Assembly: GCA_000165425.1 (NCBI GenBank)
Contig: CT868285.1
Coordinates: forward strand, 248,001 to 312,000
Length of the DNA: 64,000 bases
Origin: Paramecium tetraurelia
Taxonomy: Eukaryota
Direction of reading: 5' to 3'
Shown: piece by piece, positions 25,242-39,916 of the stretch
Layout: each line of letters starts with the position of its first letter
How positions within the stretch are numbered: position 1 is the first letter of the stretch
Notes under the pieces: model-generated
Databases searched by the model: none
What the model saw: the letters and a program-made list of their open reading frames with translations, nothing else
What the model was told of the DNA's origin: nothing
Translations under genes and position numbers: made by a program

Positions 25242-25764
25242 TCAAAAAAACATTTTCCGAGAAGGAGTTATTTAGAATTCTTTGGGTAACCCTCTACTAG
25301 GACTTTTATAAAATGTAAATTCCATATGATTTGGACTTTATAGTCTAAAATTTGTTTTTGACTGTTAAATATCTCTTTCATGAGGAATATGAAGACTTGT
25401 AACTCTTTTTATATCTGTTCTTTCATCAATCAACATTTCTATTAATTTATTTTTCTGATCATTCTATTCCTTCAATTTTAGGTTCTCCTGTAGTAATTAA
25501 TTAATTATTTTTTCTCTGTCATGATTTTGTCCATTTTTTAAAGAGACCTTATTTGTCAAACAGTTCACTTGTATTTATTCTGTAACATAAGTTAACTGAT
25601 GCTTACTGCTCTAATAACTAATAACGCTTAGACTTGAATACCTTATTTATTTTGGCATTTGTACTTGTAAAAAATTCTAATTTTTAAATGGTTTTAATAT
25701 CATGGCCCCTGCTGGTAGGATGACATTTATTAGTTTGCGGAGATGTTATTTTCTTTGCAGACAT
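25242..25764 (-). CDS. Small coiled-coil protein with C-terminal FTFY..LPKEFQI motif
   Basis: ATG 25764; one intron (boundary uncertain); ends KIINQLLQENLKLKEQN...MEFTFYKSPSRGLPKEFQITPSRKMFF then TGA. Confidence 0.65.
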
Positions 25765-25831
25765 GAAATTCTTGAAGATTTTGCAATTAAAAATTATATT
25801 ATATATAAAATTATTAGATTCATTGCTTTAC

Positions 25832-26420
25832 TCATATAAAATATTTTTTCTTACTACAGGGTTGAATTTAGAATTCTTTGGGCAACCTAAGTTTATTCTC
25901 CTAAGTCTTCGGACTATAAAAAGTGAATTTATATTAATCATCAATTATTTAGGATGATTTCAATTGAGGCATAAAAGGGAGAGACTATTTATCCTAATTT
26001 GGTTCTGTGTTTATATTCCCATCTTTTTTTGTTGCGTGATAAGTTTTTGAAGATGACACCAATTCTTTAATGCCAATTTACTTTCGAGACTTTATTTAAT
26101 GGAATTTTATGATATTTTCATTCAAAAACTTACCAATTAGATGGGATTGCAATGATTTTCCTGCTGTTGAGCTTGTCATAACTAAGAATAATAGAAAGCA
26201 GTTTACTATTTTATTCTGAATATTTAGCTCTTCTCAAAGTTTATTTCGGAATATAAAATACATTTTCATCTATTTGTTAATCCAAAATTTGCTGACTCTA
26301 AGAATTCTAATGAGATTTCTTTAATTTTAAATTATTCGGTAGCAGTAGTTTATTGATAGTTATATTTGACATCGATTCTCTATTATTCCTGACTCTTGTT
26401 CCAACAGGTGTTGAGTTCAT
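25832..26420 (-). CDS. Small protein with C-terminal FTFY..LPKEFQI motif (tandem paralog of the neighbour)
   Basis: ATG 26420; one intron; ends QYKFTFYSPKTQENKLRLPKEFQIQPCSKKKYFI then TGA. Confidence 0.65.
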
Positions 26421-27261
26421 GTATGTATCAGACTAATCTGAAATATTATAATAAAATATAAAATTATAGCTAAATCAATAATTAATTTACTAGATATATC
26501 TTTCTTTTAATAAGAAATAACAAAGTTTACTATGAGTTTTTAATCATTTTCTCAAGTATGTTCAGATTAAGAAAATTGATTTCATTAGACTTTATATAAT
26601 GATATTTAGAATTTCATTAAAATTGAGAAGCTTTTCAACACTTATTCATTAAAAAAAAGACAATTAAATACACATTCTAGATAAATTTCATAAAAATATA
26701 CCTTTTTTATATAATCTGTTGATAATCATTACTACTTAATTGATTACAAGTATATATTATTGAATAAGTTTAATAAAATAATCATAACAATTTGTGTTTA
26801 GCCATTTACTTTTCTTTGGATGAATCAAAATTACATTACTTATTTTATTCAATAATATTTGTTTTATCAAAATTTTATTTTAAATAATAGTTATTAATGT
26901 AAAGAGAGATTAATACTTCTGTGAGAATAGGTTAATGAGATATAAACTAAAGTATTATGGAATTCTTTAATATTTTATAAAAATTTTCTTGTATTTAATT
27001 TAAAGACTTATCAAAGTTCACAGACTTTAATTTTTTAAGAAAAATAATAGTAATTATAAGTAAAAGGAAAATAATTATCAAATAAAAATTTTGAAGTTAT
27101 ATTGAATAAAGTTAATTCTAATTGTAGAAAAGTAGAGATGCAATGAGTAGATGAAAAAAGAGTTAGAATATATACTAATTTTGATTATAAGTGTATGAAA
27201 TATTATACATTTAAAATGTATTTGTTATTTTAGTTTAATAATTTTCTTTGTGAAACTTCAA

Positions 27262-28400
<1,139 letters not shown>

Positions 28401-28577
28401 AGTAAAATGATTAACTGAATAGAGTTATAAAATATAAAATATATATATATATTTTGTTATGCCATATATAATAAAATTATATAATAATAATTTATAATAA
28501 TAATATGAATTATTCTAGGATATGGGGGTTCTTAAATACAAAATCATAATATCAAATAATTTTATAAAAATTTAATT

Positions 28578-29723
28578 ATGAGAAATTGTATTAGATCAGC
28601 ATTTCGTTAACATCCTCAACTCAGGGGTGCTTGGTCTTAAAACTATTTATAAAAGCCTGGAGAAGGAGCCTTAAAGAATGTCACTTTGATTCCTGGAGTA
28701 GGAATTGGACCTGAGATAACAAGTAAGAAATTATTAGAATTTTTAGATAGCGTAAGAACCATCTTTGAAGAATTGCATGTTCCAATCAAATTCGATGTTT
28801 TGGACAATTTCAATTTTGAGAATGACGAATCTAAGAAGCAACTAAGAAAAAATGAATGCATTCTTTTAGGTGTGATGACAGAAAAGAATTAGAAGTACAC
28901 TGACAATTACAAGTTCTATAAATACTTAGACTTGTATTCCAATATTACATTTGCCTTTTCTTTCGAAGGAATAGTATAAAGACATAATAATACAGACATA
29001 GTAGTGATAAGAGAAAACACTGAAGGTAATCTATTATAATACTAAATCTCGCAGGTGAATACTCTGGTGTGGAACATGAAGTCTATCCAGGAGTAGTTGA
29101 ATCGATCAAAGTGACTACAAAATAAGCATCCTTAAGAATTGCTGAATACGCATTTGAATTTGCTCATCTTAGCGGTAGAAAGAAGGTTACAGCTGTTCAC
29201 AAAGCAAACATCATGAAACTAGTCGATGGACTATTTTTATAAGCTTGTAGAGAAGTGGCTCAAAGATATTCATTCATTAAATATGAAGAAATGATTATCG
29301 ATAATTGTTGCATGCAATTGGTCAAAAATCCAACACAATTCGATGTGATGGTTATGCCAAATCTGTATGGATCAATTGTATAAAATGTTGTAGCTGGTAT
29401 CACTGGAGGAGTGGGTATGGCTGCAGGAGCATCAATTGGTAAAGATCATGCTCTCTTTTCTCAAGGTTGTAGACATACAGGAAGAGATATTGCAGGTAAT
29501 AATATTATTATACATTCTAGGGAAAAATGTTGTGAATCCTTCTGCTATGCTTGTTTCTTCTACTCTTTTATTAAGACATCTAGGTTTACCAAACTTTGCT
29601 GATTAAATTTGTAGAGCTGTTTAACATACAATCCAAGTTAAGAATGTTAAAACTAAAGATATTGGTGGAAATGCTACAACAGATCAATTTACAACCGAAG
29701 TTATTAAAAGTTTAGGAAAATGA
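28578..29723 (+). CDS. IDH3: NAD-dependent isocitrate dehydrogenase, mitochondrial regulatory (beta/gamma-type) subunit
   Basis: [51 protein letters not shown] (lacks the two Asp of catalytic NLYGDILSD), TKDIGG; three introns; basic N-terminal presequence. Confidence 0.92.
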
Positions 29724-30368
29724 TATGTATATTTATAAATTAAGTCATTTCATCTAATTTTTATTTTCATTTATTCATAGATTTCAATTTAAATATTATG
29801 TCAATTATTGTAATCTAATGCTTAGTATTAATTACATAGCAAAGTTATTTTTATCATACTCCTCTTGAAAATATATAATCAAAGAAATGACAGGCATTTT
29901 ATCACTAGAATGAAGAGAAATAACTAAGAATTAAAAAAGAGATATCAACTATTACATTTAATTGAGTAGAGAGTTCAATAAATATTTGAATAAACTATAA
30001 TTTTTATTATTCTAATTTATTTTCCAATTACCAATCAAAAATTTAAATATCTCTATATATTTATCCCTTATTTACAAAATAATTAACTATACGCTTCAAA
30101 TAGATTCTAAAATCCTTTAGTTTAATGATGATAGCATTAATTTCTGTATTTTTTGCTACACACTTGTATTATACAATAATTTTGAGAAAAAATGATTAAA
30201 TATCATTTTTCTCATTTTTTCTAAATTCCTAGTTTTGAGGGGATAAATAAGATGAATAGAAAGATTTCTGAATTTTTAGAATGTTTTCATTGTTGGTATA
30301 TGAGATGCATATAATTTCCTTAGCTTGTTTAAATGTTGTAATTTGATAATTAATTATATAATATAAGG

Positions 30369-32327
30369 ATGCTGTCTATATCATAAATATAGAAATCACC
30401 TTAAGTGCAATCCTCAACGAAATTGAATAGATTTAATTTATTTTCAAGAAATAGAACTCTTGACAATACAGAAGCCAGTAGAATGAGATCTAAATATATA
30501 ATTCATGACAAAGAAAGTCTATACGAGGAAATTTAAAATCTGAAATAAGAAAACAATTAATTAAAATTAGCATTACGATAGTTTTAATCGTAAAATTAAT
30601 ATTTCAAGAGAGAAGTGTAATCCATCTTAAAAGAGGAAAGTACTCCTTTCAAGAATAATTCGAGATTAAAATAAGGGTTTTTGGAGAAAATCACAAGGCT
30701 GGAGGTATATATTTGTTTAAATGCAGGATAATAACATCAAATTGCAATAATAGTTATAGGAATAAATATCATATATTAATCAATTGCAGAGTCCAATGAA
30801 CAAAAATAATGTTGAAGGATTGTGTATATCTCTAAGTGAAGACAATATGAAAATGACATAATTAATTTCACAATTAGAACAGTCAGTTACACAATAATAA
30901 GTAATGAAAATTTATTAAATTTAGAATAATTGCAATAAAATGAACATTAAATATAATGCAATCTTAAATAAATATAAGTAACTCAAGAATCTGAATGCAT
31001 AATTGTTATTAGAGATGGCAGAATTAAAAAAAAAAGATACTTTATTTCTTGAAAGACCTCAACAGAAGGACAATAAGAAGATGGAAGAGCAATTACAATT
31101 GGGTTATGATTAGGCAATGGTCGACTTGAGAAATGAAAGATAGAAGAATAAGTATCTGGAAAATCAAATGCAAAAACTATAAGCAGATAATTAAGAATAA
31201 ATAGAGAATTTAGAAAAAAGGATGGCTGAATAGAAGAGATAATTTGAAACTTTGCAAAGAGAATATGAATTAGAAAAGCAATCAAAATACCAACCAAAAA
31301 GGACTATTCTTATAAAAAACAACGGTCCTTAACCACCTGAGGAGCAAGGGCAATTATAAGAAGATATTGAATTGTAAAAAAAGAAATTTATAAATGTGGA
31401 CAAAAATGATATTTTAGCCATTGCTAGACAAGTCAAATAAAATCTGATTGGATTGAAAATATCATTGTAATAAGTAGAAACTTACTTATTGACAGACGAG
31501 GTATTAACATAATAATAATTGAAATAAAATCTATCAAATAGAATCTTTGGTTTAAAATCAATTGAATAAGTGGAAATGGCTGCCATTTATTTAGCAGATG
31601 TCGAAAATGAAACAGAGACGACAACTAGTGCTAGAGTGAGAAGTATCTTTAGAACTTTGATGGAAAACTACTAAATTTTATCAATAGAATAATTGAATAA
31701 TATCAATCAATAGATAATGAAGAAGAAGAATGAGATATCAGACATTTTAATTAGGAAATATCCAGATACTTACACTAGTGGATACATTACAATTGATGTA
31801 AATATAGAGTATAAATTTAGGCCTATTTGGAAGTACTTTCTTCAGTGGAAATTCAATTAAGCAAAATAGAAATTGATCATTTCTATGCTCTAATCCTAAG
31901 ATAAAATAGGTCATCAAGAATATTTCTATAATAAATACATTCACCTTTTGACGTAAATTAAGAGGAAGACGATTTAGAAGATTAACATTAGAATATAAAT
32001 TTAGGTGATGTTTAACCTGAGAGTCTAAAATTGTCCAATAGTGAAATACTGATCATTAATAATCGTAAGGAATCTGAGTTTGTTAATCTGATTGAGGATG
32101 ATGTCGATCACAATTTGAGATCCAATTAGAGAAAGATAGATAAAAATATAGAGAAATTGGAAGAATAAAATGAAGATGAGTTCAAACTGTCATAGAAATC
32201 GAATTTGGAATTGTCAGAAGAAGAGAAGAACCCATTCCAAGACGTGTAGCATGAAGAATCAGATGTGAAAATGATTGATTCGTAAGAATTAAGAAAATAA
32301 AGTTAACCTGATTTATAATAATTTTGA
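30369..32327 (+). CDS. Coiled-coil protein with degenerate C-terminal EF-hand-like region and acidic tail
   Basis: ATG 30369; HDKESLYEEIQNLKQENNQLK coiled coil; TSGYITID..AYLEVL..EIDHF EF-like segment; at least three introns; TGA 32325-32327. Confidence 0.75.
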
Positions 32328-32336
32328 ATTTAAATA

Positions 32337-34209
32337 ATGGATAACCGATTAGAGAGAAATGTCAATAAACTCATGGATCGTTATAAGAAAACAAGTCAGT
32401 AGATCGACTAGATCATGTAATATGAACCCACTCCTCAATAACCTGTCACATATTTTATAGGCAGATCGAGGCCAAGCAAACTCAAAGATGATGAGTAATT
32501 CTTTTATCTATTTCATCAGCGATGATTCTTCAAGAGAAAGACGTAGACAAAGTGGGTCATTGGAGTAAATTAGTAGATTAAGGGAAACCTTGAATGCAAG
32601 GGATTTGCAAGAGAGAGAAAAATATGAGAGAATAAGAATCTTAAATAAGGAGTTAAAAGTACTTTTCTTTATGTCATTCCTTAGATCACTCTTAAAGAAT
32701 ATATGACAGTTAATAAAGAATTAGAAGGGAAGTTATCGACTAAGGATAAATAAATTAGGGCATTAGAATAAGAAAATAAATAATTGTTGGATTCATTAAA
32801 CAAGGGAGATGCAAATACCAAAGAAGTAAAGATCAAAGCAGAGACTTCTGAGAAATTAATGGAGGAATTGCAATAGCAAAATCATATATTAAAATAAAAA
32901 TTAGGAGATAAAAAATAAAAATTAACTGCTATGAGGGATTAGTTAAAATAAGCAGAAACAGTTTATGAAGAATAAGGTTAAAATTTTGGTAGAGAACTTG
33001 AAAGAGTGCAAAAATTATGTGAGGATTTTTCAAATGAAATGTAATAATTCATTATTTAAATAGAAAAAATTAAGAAGAATAGAATAAGGAATTAGAGGGA
33101 GAGTTATTAAAATAAAGAGATGAATTAATTAATAGAGATGAGCAAATTCGATATTTCGAATAAATGTATTAAGATATTAGATACAGAGATGCTGATTAGC
33201 AATCTTAGATCGAATATCTCAATTAATAAGTCAATTACTATAAGTAATAGTTAGATTAAGCTTCATATAAATAAGATGAGGCTTATGCTTAATTATCTAA
33301 AGTTGAAAAGCAGTAGCAAGTATTTTTATAGGTTTAAGAATCTGAAGTTGAAAAGAGGGTTTCAAATTATAAAGATTTACTTGAAAAAAAAAAATAAAAA
33401 ATAAATGAATAAAAATAGATAATTGATAGTTTAAATTAAAAAATTATTGATTTTTAGAGATTACTTGATAATGAGGAGAAAAATCATTAAATTCAACTAT
33501 AAGACAGTTAGAAATTATAGCAAATAAATTCTGAACTTAAATTGGTTATTGATAACTAATAAAACAAATTATTGACAGCAGAGAATAGAATCTAAAGTCT
33601 CGTTCTTGAAATCTAAGATTAAAAATCTGTATTATAAATAAAGAAACAAAAATCTGAAGAATTTGAATTATAATCTCGACAAGATTTTCGTACAATAGAA
33701 TAAGTATTATAGAATATAAGATTTTTAGTTAAAAAATTAGGTTCTTCATTTATAGGAGCAACTAACTAAATCATAACAGTATAGTAGGGATTTAGAAAAT
33801 GATATTTAATTGACAAAACATGAGAATAATAAAACCATGGATGAAATTGAGATTAAAATTGACCATCTGGTAAAATAGTTAGCTTAAAGTAAAGAAGAAA
33901 TTAAGGAATACAAAAATAGAGAAAGTGAATTGAAATAAAAAATAAAAACTTAAGAAGAGGAAATCCTTAAGCATGCTTAAAAATCTGCTAAATATAAATA
34001 ATAAGTTGAATAGAGCCAGTATTCATTAAAACAAGTAAATAGTCGAAATTAAATTGTAGATTGAGGAGAAAGTGAGAATTTATGAAAGTGAGAGAGACAT
34101 TTAGTCAAGATAAGTTTTGTAAGTGAAACAGGATCAAGCCACAACTCAAAATAAGTTGAGAGTTTTGGAAGACATCCATTCGCTAATAAAAATGCACAAA
34201 AAAATTTGA
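32337..34209 (+). CDS. Long coiled-coil protein (~590 aa)
   Basis: MDNRLERNVNKLMDRYKK...; E/Q/K/L heptads throughout; several tiny introns; ends KLRVLEDIHSLIKMHKKI then TGA. Confidence 0.78.
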
Positions 34210-34292
34210 TTAGGAAATTTATATATTTACAAATTAATTATACAAAGAATATCTAAAGTATCATATATGATTATTAATAAATAAATTATCGA

Positions 34293-35032
34293 ATGAGCAA
34301 GCTAAACTACTATGAATTGCTTGGATAACTTTATTCAAAGGGGGACTCTTAGGCACTTCCTTTTACTTATGATAATACTGCTACACAGAATAGAGAGTTA
34401 TCAAATTAATAGTATATTGCATCTCAAAATTCAATAATAGTTGAAAATGATAAATTAAATACCATAGGATTTAGCAACACATTTCAATTTTAAATTTCAA
34501 GACTCTTGGATTTGGATGATTTACTTTAGTCAGGTAGAGTATATGAAGATGATTCATGCTAATCAATAATTTCTTAAGTTTAAACAAGAAATTAAAAGAA
34601 TAATAATAAAGTATCTAAATCTGAGTAAAAATAAAATAAATTGAAGAAAAAGGTTGAATAAGTATAAAAGAGTGAGAAAAATGTTCATTTGGGTACTCAA
34701 TGTTAATAGTTACAGTTTCCAAGTTCAAGTCTTCGTCCTAGGTATGTGAAAATTTATTAAAGAAATGATGAATTATGTATGAAAAGATTTTAGTTAGTTT
34801 AATTGCTTTTTGATGAAATGTCTTAAATATATCCTCAGTGTACTGATTGGGATGTAATTCAATTATTAGATTTATCCAATAAAAGTTTTGACACGGCATT
34901 TAAATTATTAAAAGAAAGTAGTTATTTCGTATAATACTATCTCTAAGGTATATAATAATTCTTGAACAAATAGTATAATCCTTAACAAATGTTGATAGAA
35001 TTGGATTAGAAAATAAATGGAAGAAAAAATGA
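34293..35032 (+). CDS. Hypothetical protein, possible ELM2/UBA-like C-terminal helices
   Basis: Open frame with one intron; VHLGTQCQ and DVIQLLDLSNKSFDTAFKLL loosely resemble ELM2 motifs. Confidence 0.65.
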
Positions 35033-35109
35033 TTTAAAAATGGAATTAATTATAGTAATTTAAGCATGATTTAACAAATTGGTATAATATATAAGTGTGA
35101 AAAATCATC

Positions 35110-35845
35110 TCATTCAAAAGCAGAAACATAAACATTGTTCCTATTTACAATCTTGTCATTTAATTGTTAATATTTCATCCTTAATATCTATAAATCTTAT
35201 TGTCTTTTAGTAATTTCCATTTCCAATTAATTTAAATCTAATTTTGATGGTTAAAAGTATTTATTATTTTTGCTATCTGATTAATAAGGTATTTTATCAA
35301 TAACAGTGTTAATAGTGTTTAGAATCCTGTGTTATTATGAGGATGGTCTATTTCTATTCTAGGTTTCATATTAAATCAGTTATTTGACGAAACCTGAATT
35401 TGGTTTGACTTAGGGTCTCCTTGCAATAACTGAATTGAGAGTTCTTTGAAAACCCCAATTGAACTTTTGCATGATGTATGCAATAACAACTGACGCACTT
35501 CTGGAGATTCCAGCAAAACAATGAACCATAACATTAGTATGTTATCTGTGTCTTTCTATGAATTCATTAGTTTTTGGGAAATATTCTTGAATGTTTTATT
35601 CAGTGCAATCTGGAATGTTAATTACTTGATGGATTATGTTGGGAGAAGTGGTTACTTTAGGTTCATCGATAACACTAAGCAAGGCTCCAACTTATAATTA
35701 TTGTAATAATTCTTGGCTTAATGCACAATCTATATCAGCCAGATATAAACCACCACTAAAATGATTAATATGTAACTTACATCTATTAATTGTTTTTGAT
35801 AATTGGGTCAATTATGCAATCCCACTTGTTTAATTTTTATATCAT
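35110..35845 (-). CDS. Dual-specificity protein phosphatase
   Basis: Intact P-loop VMVHCFAGISRSASVVIAYIM and RRPQVKPNSGFVKQL; one intron. Confidence 0.93.
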
Positions 35846-35896
35846 TTAACAGACAAATATTTTAATTAATAAATAATATAATTAGTTTATAGGTAT

Positions 35897-37347
35897 TCAT
35901 ATTTATTTTACATTAATTACGATGTCCTCTTAATGTAACTCATTATAAGTCTAAAAGGACATCTAATTATCTTTATCTTTTTCAACATTTGGAATGATTG
36001 TGGCTTATTCATTTTGATTGATTTTGGTTTGCACGACAATTTTATCAGGATGTTTGTAACAGGTGAATCTAGGCTTATTAAATTGAAATTACTGTTTATT
36101 GTAAGACTTGCCTTTATCCTTAAATTGAATGTATAGTAAGACTCTTCCAATTTGGTAAAGCACTTTTTGCAATGATGGTAGATTGTACCTGAGTAACTTA
36201 TCAGACTAGGCATATAGAAGGGTTCCAAATTTAGAATTATTGTCTTGCAGAATAAGCTTGTAATGATTGTCCTCTTGCTTTATTACTTTGATTAAGGCAT
36301 GACTTCTCGAAACTGATATATCTTTAAGCTTGATATCACAGTCAGGTATTCTCCCAATTTTGATTTCTTCTTTGTCTTAGAGTTCCATGACCTAGATGAT
36401 GCCCTCCTTTGGATTTGTCATCCGAGGTTATTTTCCAAATCATATAAGGCACTGTAGGCTTCTAGATTTGCATTATACAAAAGATCTATCTTTAATAGGT
36501 GTAGGTGCTTTTTAATGGCATTTTACAGATCTCACACTCCATTTTCTTCCAGATGTATTGCGTTGAGGATTATTGATTTTTTACTTTGATTGATTATTGA
36601 ATCCAAACTTATAAACAATGAAGATGAACATATTTCATGGAACCAATACCTGCAATTTAAGTTGAATAGATTTACATTTGCATGGACTAAAAAGAGGGTT
36701 CGAAACCGTAGCATTTTTTTAGAAGCAAATTCTACATTAACAACCATCTGGGTCTAAATCTTGAGACTATATTTCTTCATCATTGATATCAGTTTAATCT
36801 CTTTATTATTATAATGCATCTAAATCATAATTAAAATCGAGTAATTGTAATTTCATCCTTCCCAATTTTATAATATCTCCTCTCTATAGTTCCCATTCCT
36901 TTTCATTTTCATTTATATTAATACATTCAATGACTCAAACTCAGGCCTCCTACATAGTATTGCCCACACCCTTGAATCAGATTTCTAGCTCATTCCTGAC
37001 AGAGTCACATAATCTTATTCGCAATCCACTCTAAGCAGCTGAACCTGTTTTTTTACATACTCCTTTATTTTATGATAATAAATTTACATTCTCACTTAAT
37101 GCTATAATTTAATTATCAACCATCGAAAGTGTTGCTAAATGATAACCTACAAAGTTACCTGAAAAATCTAGTTCCAAGTCTTTTCGGCTTGCTTGGTGGC
37201 TCTCGAAATCGAATAAATTATGACTTTCTTTATTCCAAATGAAAGCTGTTATGCAGACTCTGAAAATATTAGTTTTAGTTACTTGTATGACGCAATTTAT
37301 ATATTTCCATCTATTTTTTTTTATTTCATTGACGCACATGATCCCAT
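35897..37347 (-). CDS. FHA / RING-CH (RINGv) / FHA putative E3 ubiquitin ligase, N-acylated
   Basis: MGSCAS start; WNKESHNLFDFE; LQRGDIIKLGR; CRIC..NPLFSPCKC.GSMKYVHLHCLQVW; FHA motifs IGRIPDCDIKLKDISVSRSHA and DNNSKFGT. Confidence 0.88.
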
Positions 37348-37378
37348 TGTTTATTAAAAAATAATTAAATAAATAAAT

Positions 37379-39074
37379 ATGCTCTAATAATCTTAAAATA
37401 TTGATTACTTGTATATACCTACTAGTAAGAATTTACAATCACTCCTTAAAACAACAACCTTTTGGACCGCTGGAAATGTTCAATCAGCCTATTTGATTAA
37501 ATCCTAACTAGTAAATCTAACTAAAAGTCAGAATTACGAATATGCATTAACCAAAGATGGCTCATTAGTAAAATTTGGACATCAAAAAACCAAATATTGT
37601 AACCTCTTTAATGGTCTATATATTCTATCCTATACTGATAAGAGTTTTTTGTTAACTTCATACGACAGAGTAAAAGAGTATCATTGCACTGACCAAAAAT
37701 AATTAAAAAATTGGATCGAACTTCTAATAAGGTTTTGCGTAACAAGGGGCCAAATCTAAACTAGATTCAGATTTTTAAGTCAAATCAATAATGGCAATTA
37801 TTCAAAAGTACTGTATTTTAATAAAAGGGTTATCTCATCGAGGACAATAAGTAGAGACAATTTGTGTGCAAGACCTTCCAAAAGACTGACTTGGTCAAAG
37901 TTACTAAACTTAGAGATTCTGTAATTGGCGAAATGTTGCTACTCAGACCTATCGATCATCCAAATGTAATTAAGTTATTAGAAATTCATGAAGACAATAA
38001 ATAAATTTATTTGATATATGAATATGCAAAGGGAGAATTGTTTCAAGAATTCTAAAAGAAGAAAGCTGAGAAATCTCAATTTAGTGAACAATAGATTAGC
38101 AATTTTATGAAATAAATTTTTGAAGGTCTTAAACACATTCATTCCCTTAATATTATGCATAGAGACATTAAGTTAGAAAATATTCTTGTAAAAGATTCTT
38201 CAACTATTGTGATTGCTGATTTTGGATTGGCAGCTAAAAAAATACCCAAATTCGAATACAAAAAATATGGAACTCCAGGATACATTGCACCTGAAGTCCT
38301 CAATTTGAAAGTCTATAATGAAAAAATTGATATATTTAGTGCAGGTGTTGTGGCTTATATTTTATTGACTCAACAACCTTTATTTTCTGGAAATACAATC
38401 AGTGCTATATTAAATTAAAATACGGCAGGAAGAATTGATTTTAATAATTCTAAATTTGTCTGTCTTAGTAAGGATGCATAATCATTTCTTAAAAGAGTTT
38501 TATGTTTAGAAGAAAATCAAAGACCATCTGCAGCAGATTGTTTAGATTCACTATTTTTATAACTTTAAACGGTTAATAATGAATTAGGAACTCCATAAAA
38601 ATAAAAAGAAGTAAATTTTGTAATAACTGAATAGGTTCGATTAAGTTACTTGGGATCATCAGTTTTACCTGAATAGATTAATCTTTCTAAGGCAAAGAGA
38701 AGATCTATGAGATAATATATTTTATTGAAATAAGCCATCATTACTGAAAAATAGAAAACATAAATGATGTAACAAATAGTTGAACAATAACAAGGAGAAG
38801 AAGAAGAATAAGAAAATCTGATAGTGCAGGAAACAGTCAAGAATGTAAAATAATTCATTTAATTTAGATAGCAGGCTCTTTCTATACTGAGACAAAGAAT
38901 GGATAAAATGGTGAATAATAAATAGAAAGTGATTCGGGAGAGAGTATGAATGGGGAGGATTCTTCTGAGAGTGATGATGACGATGCCAATTTATTTTTAG
39001 AGGATGATTCATGCCATAATTTGTCCTCAAAACTTTCTCAATTAGGTGGATTCGAAATAAAAATGAAAAGATGA
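37379..39074 (+). CDS. Ser/Thr kinase (CAMK-like) with N-terminal PH-like domain
   Basis: LKNWIELL PH-type terminal helix; HRDIKLEN, IADFG, GTPGYIAPE, DIFSAG; glycine loop reduced to NNGNYS; one intron. Confidence 0.9.
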
Positions 39075-39210
39075 AATAGATTCAAATATTATATAAAGAT
39101 ATATTATGATTCAAATAGCAGATTATTTTAGTCATAAATATTTGCAAATTTTACAATTGATTATAATAATTGTAGAGAATTCGAATATTTATTTAACATA
39201 TTATTATTTA

Positions 39211-39895
39211 TCATATCTTCTTCTTTTTCTTTTTCATCAAATTTACCATATTCTTTTCCCAATTTGGTGGTAATTTAGGTTACTATTTTTCGTTATCTGG
39301 CAAATAAGTCATTGCACATTCGAGTCTTCTTTCAAAATCCTTTATTTCATCTATGCCTTACTCGCATTAACTATAGGTGAGCCAATTAGTCATAAGATCT
39401 TGATGGGTCGTTATTTTGGGTCTAAAGTATTGGAAAACAGAAGAGCCAAAATGAGACTCGATGAGTTAATTGAATTTGTAGATCCTGCAAATCTCTCTTA
39501 ATGCAAAATTAATCTTGTTATCTGAAAATATTCTATCTTAAAACTTGATGCGATGATATTCTTAGATCTAGATTAATTTCAAATTTACTCTGAAACCATT
39601 ACTCAATTATTAGTATTTCCCCAATTCCGATGCAATATTCTATATTCTTAACCAATGACTATTCAGCTATTCGATGTAGAACTTTGCCGAATCTTGATCA
39701 TTATAACTATACGAGTATAAGTTATTTTGTACTGTCTACTTGTTAATAATATATTACATCAAGATAATTTTTTACATAGATTTCCATAAGAGAGGCAACC
39801 TCGTCATAAGGACATTGATCTATTTTAACTCTAACATTCTCATAAGGCTCTCCTTGAAAATACAACCCTTTAAATGCCTAATTTACTTAATCCAT
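39211..39895 (-). CDS. Hypothetical protein (~220 aa) with basic C-terminus
   Basis: ATG 39895; at least one intron; ends NLMKKKKKKI then TGA. Confidence 0.65.
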
Positions 39896-39916
39896 TTTTA
39901 ATATTTTAAAGTAATA

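Noticed and set aside
26450..27250. Long AT-rich gap as an RNA gene or retained IES
   Set aside because: No recognisable tRNA, snoRNA or repeat structure and no interrupted ORF; TA-bounded IES ends cannot be told from background by eye.
32325..32327. Selenocysteine recoding of the in-frame TGA
   Set aside because: The context is coiled coil with no redox motif and no SECIS-like hairpin was seen; kept only as a generic readthrough hypothesis.
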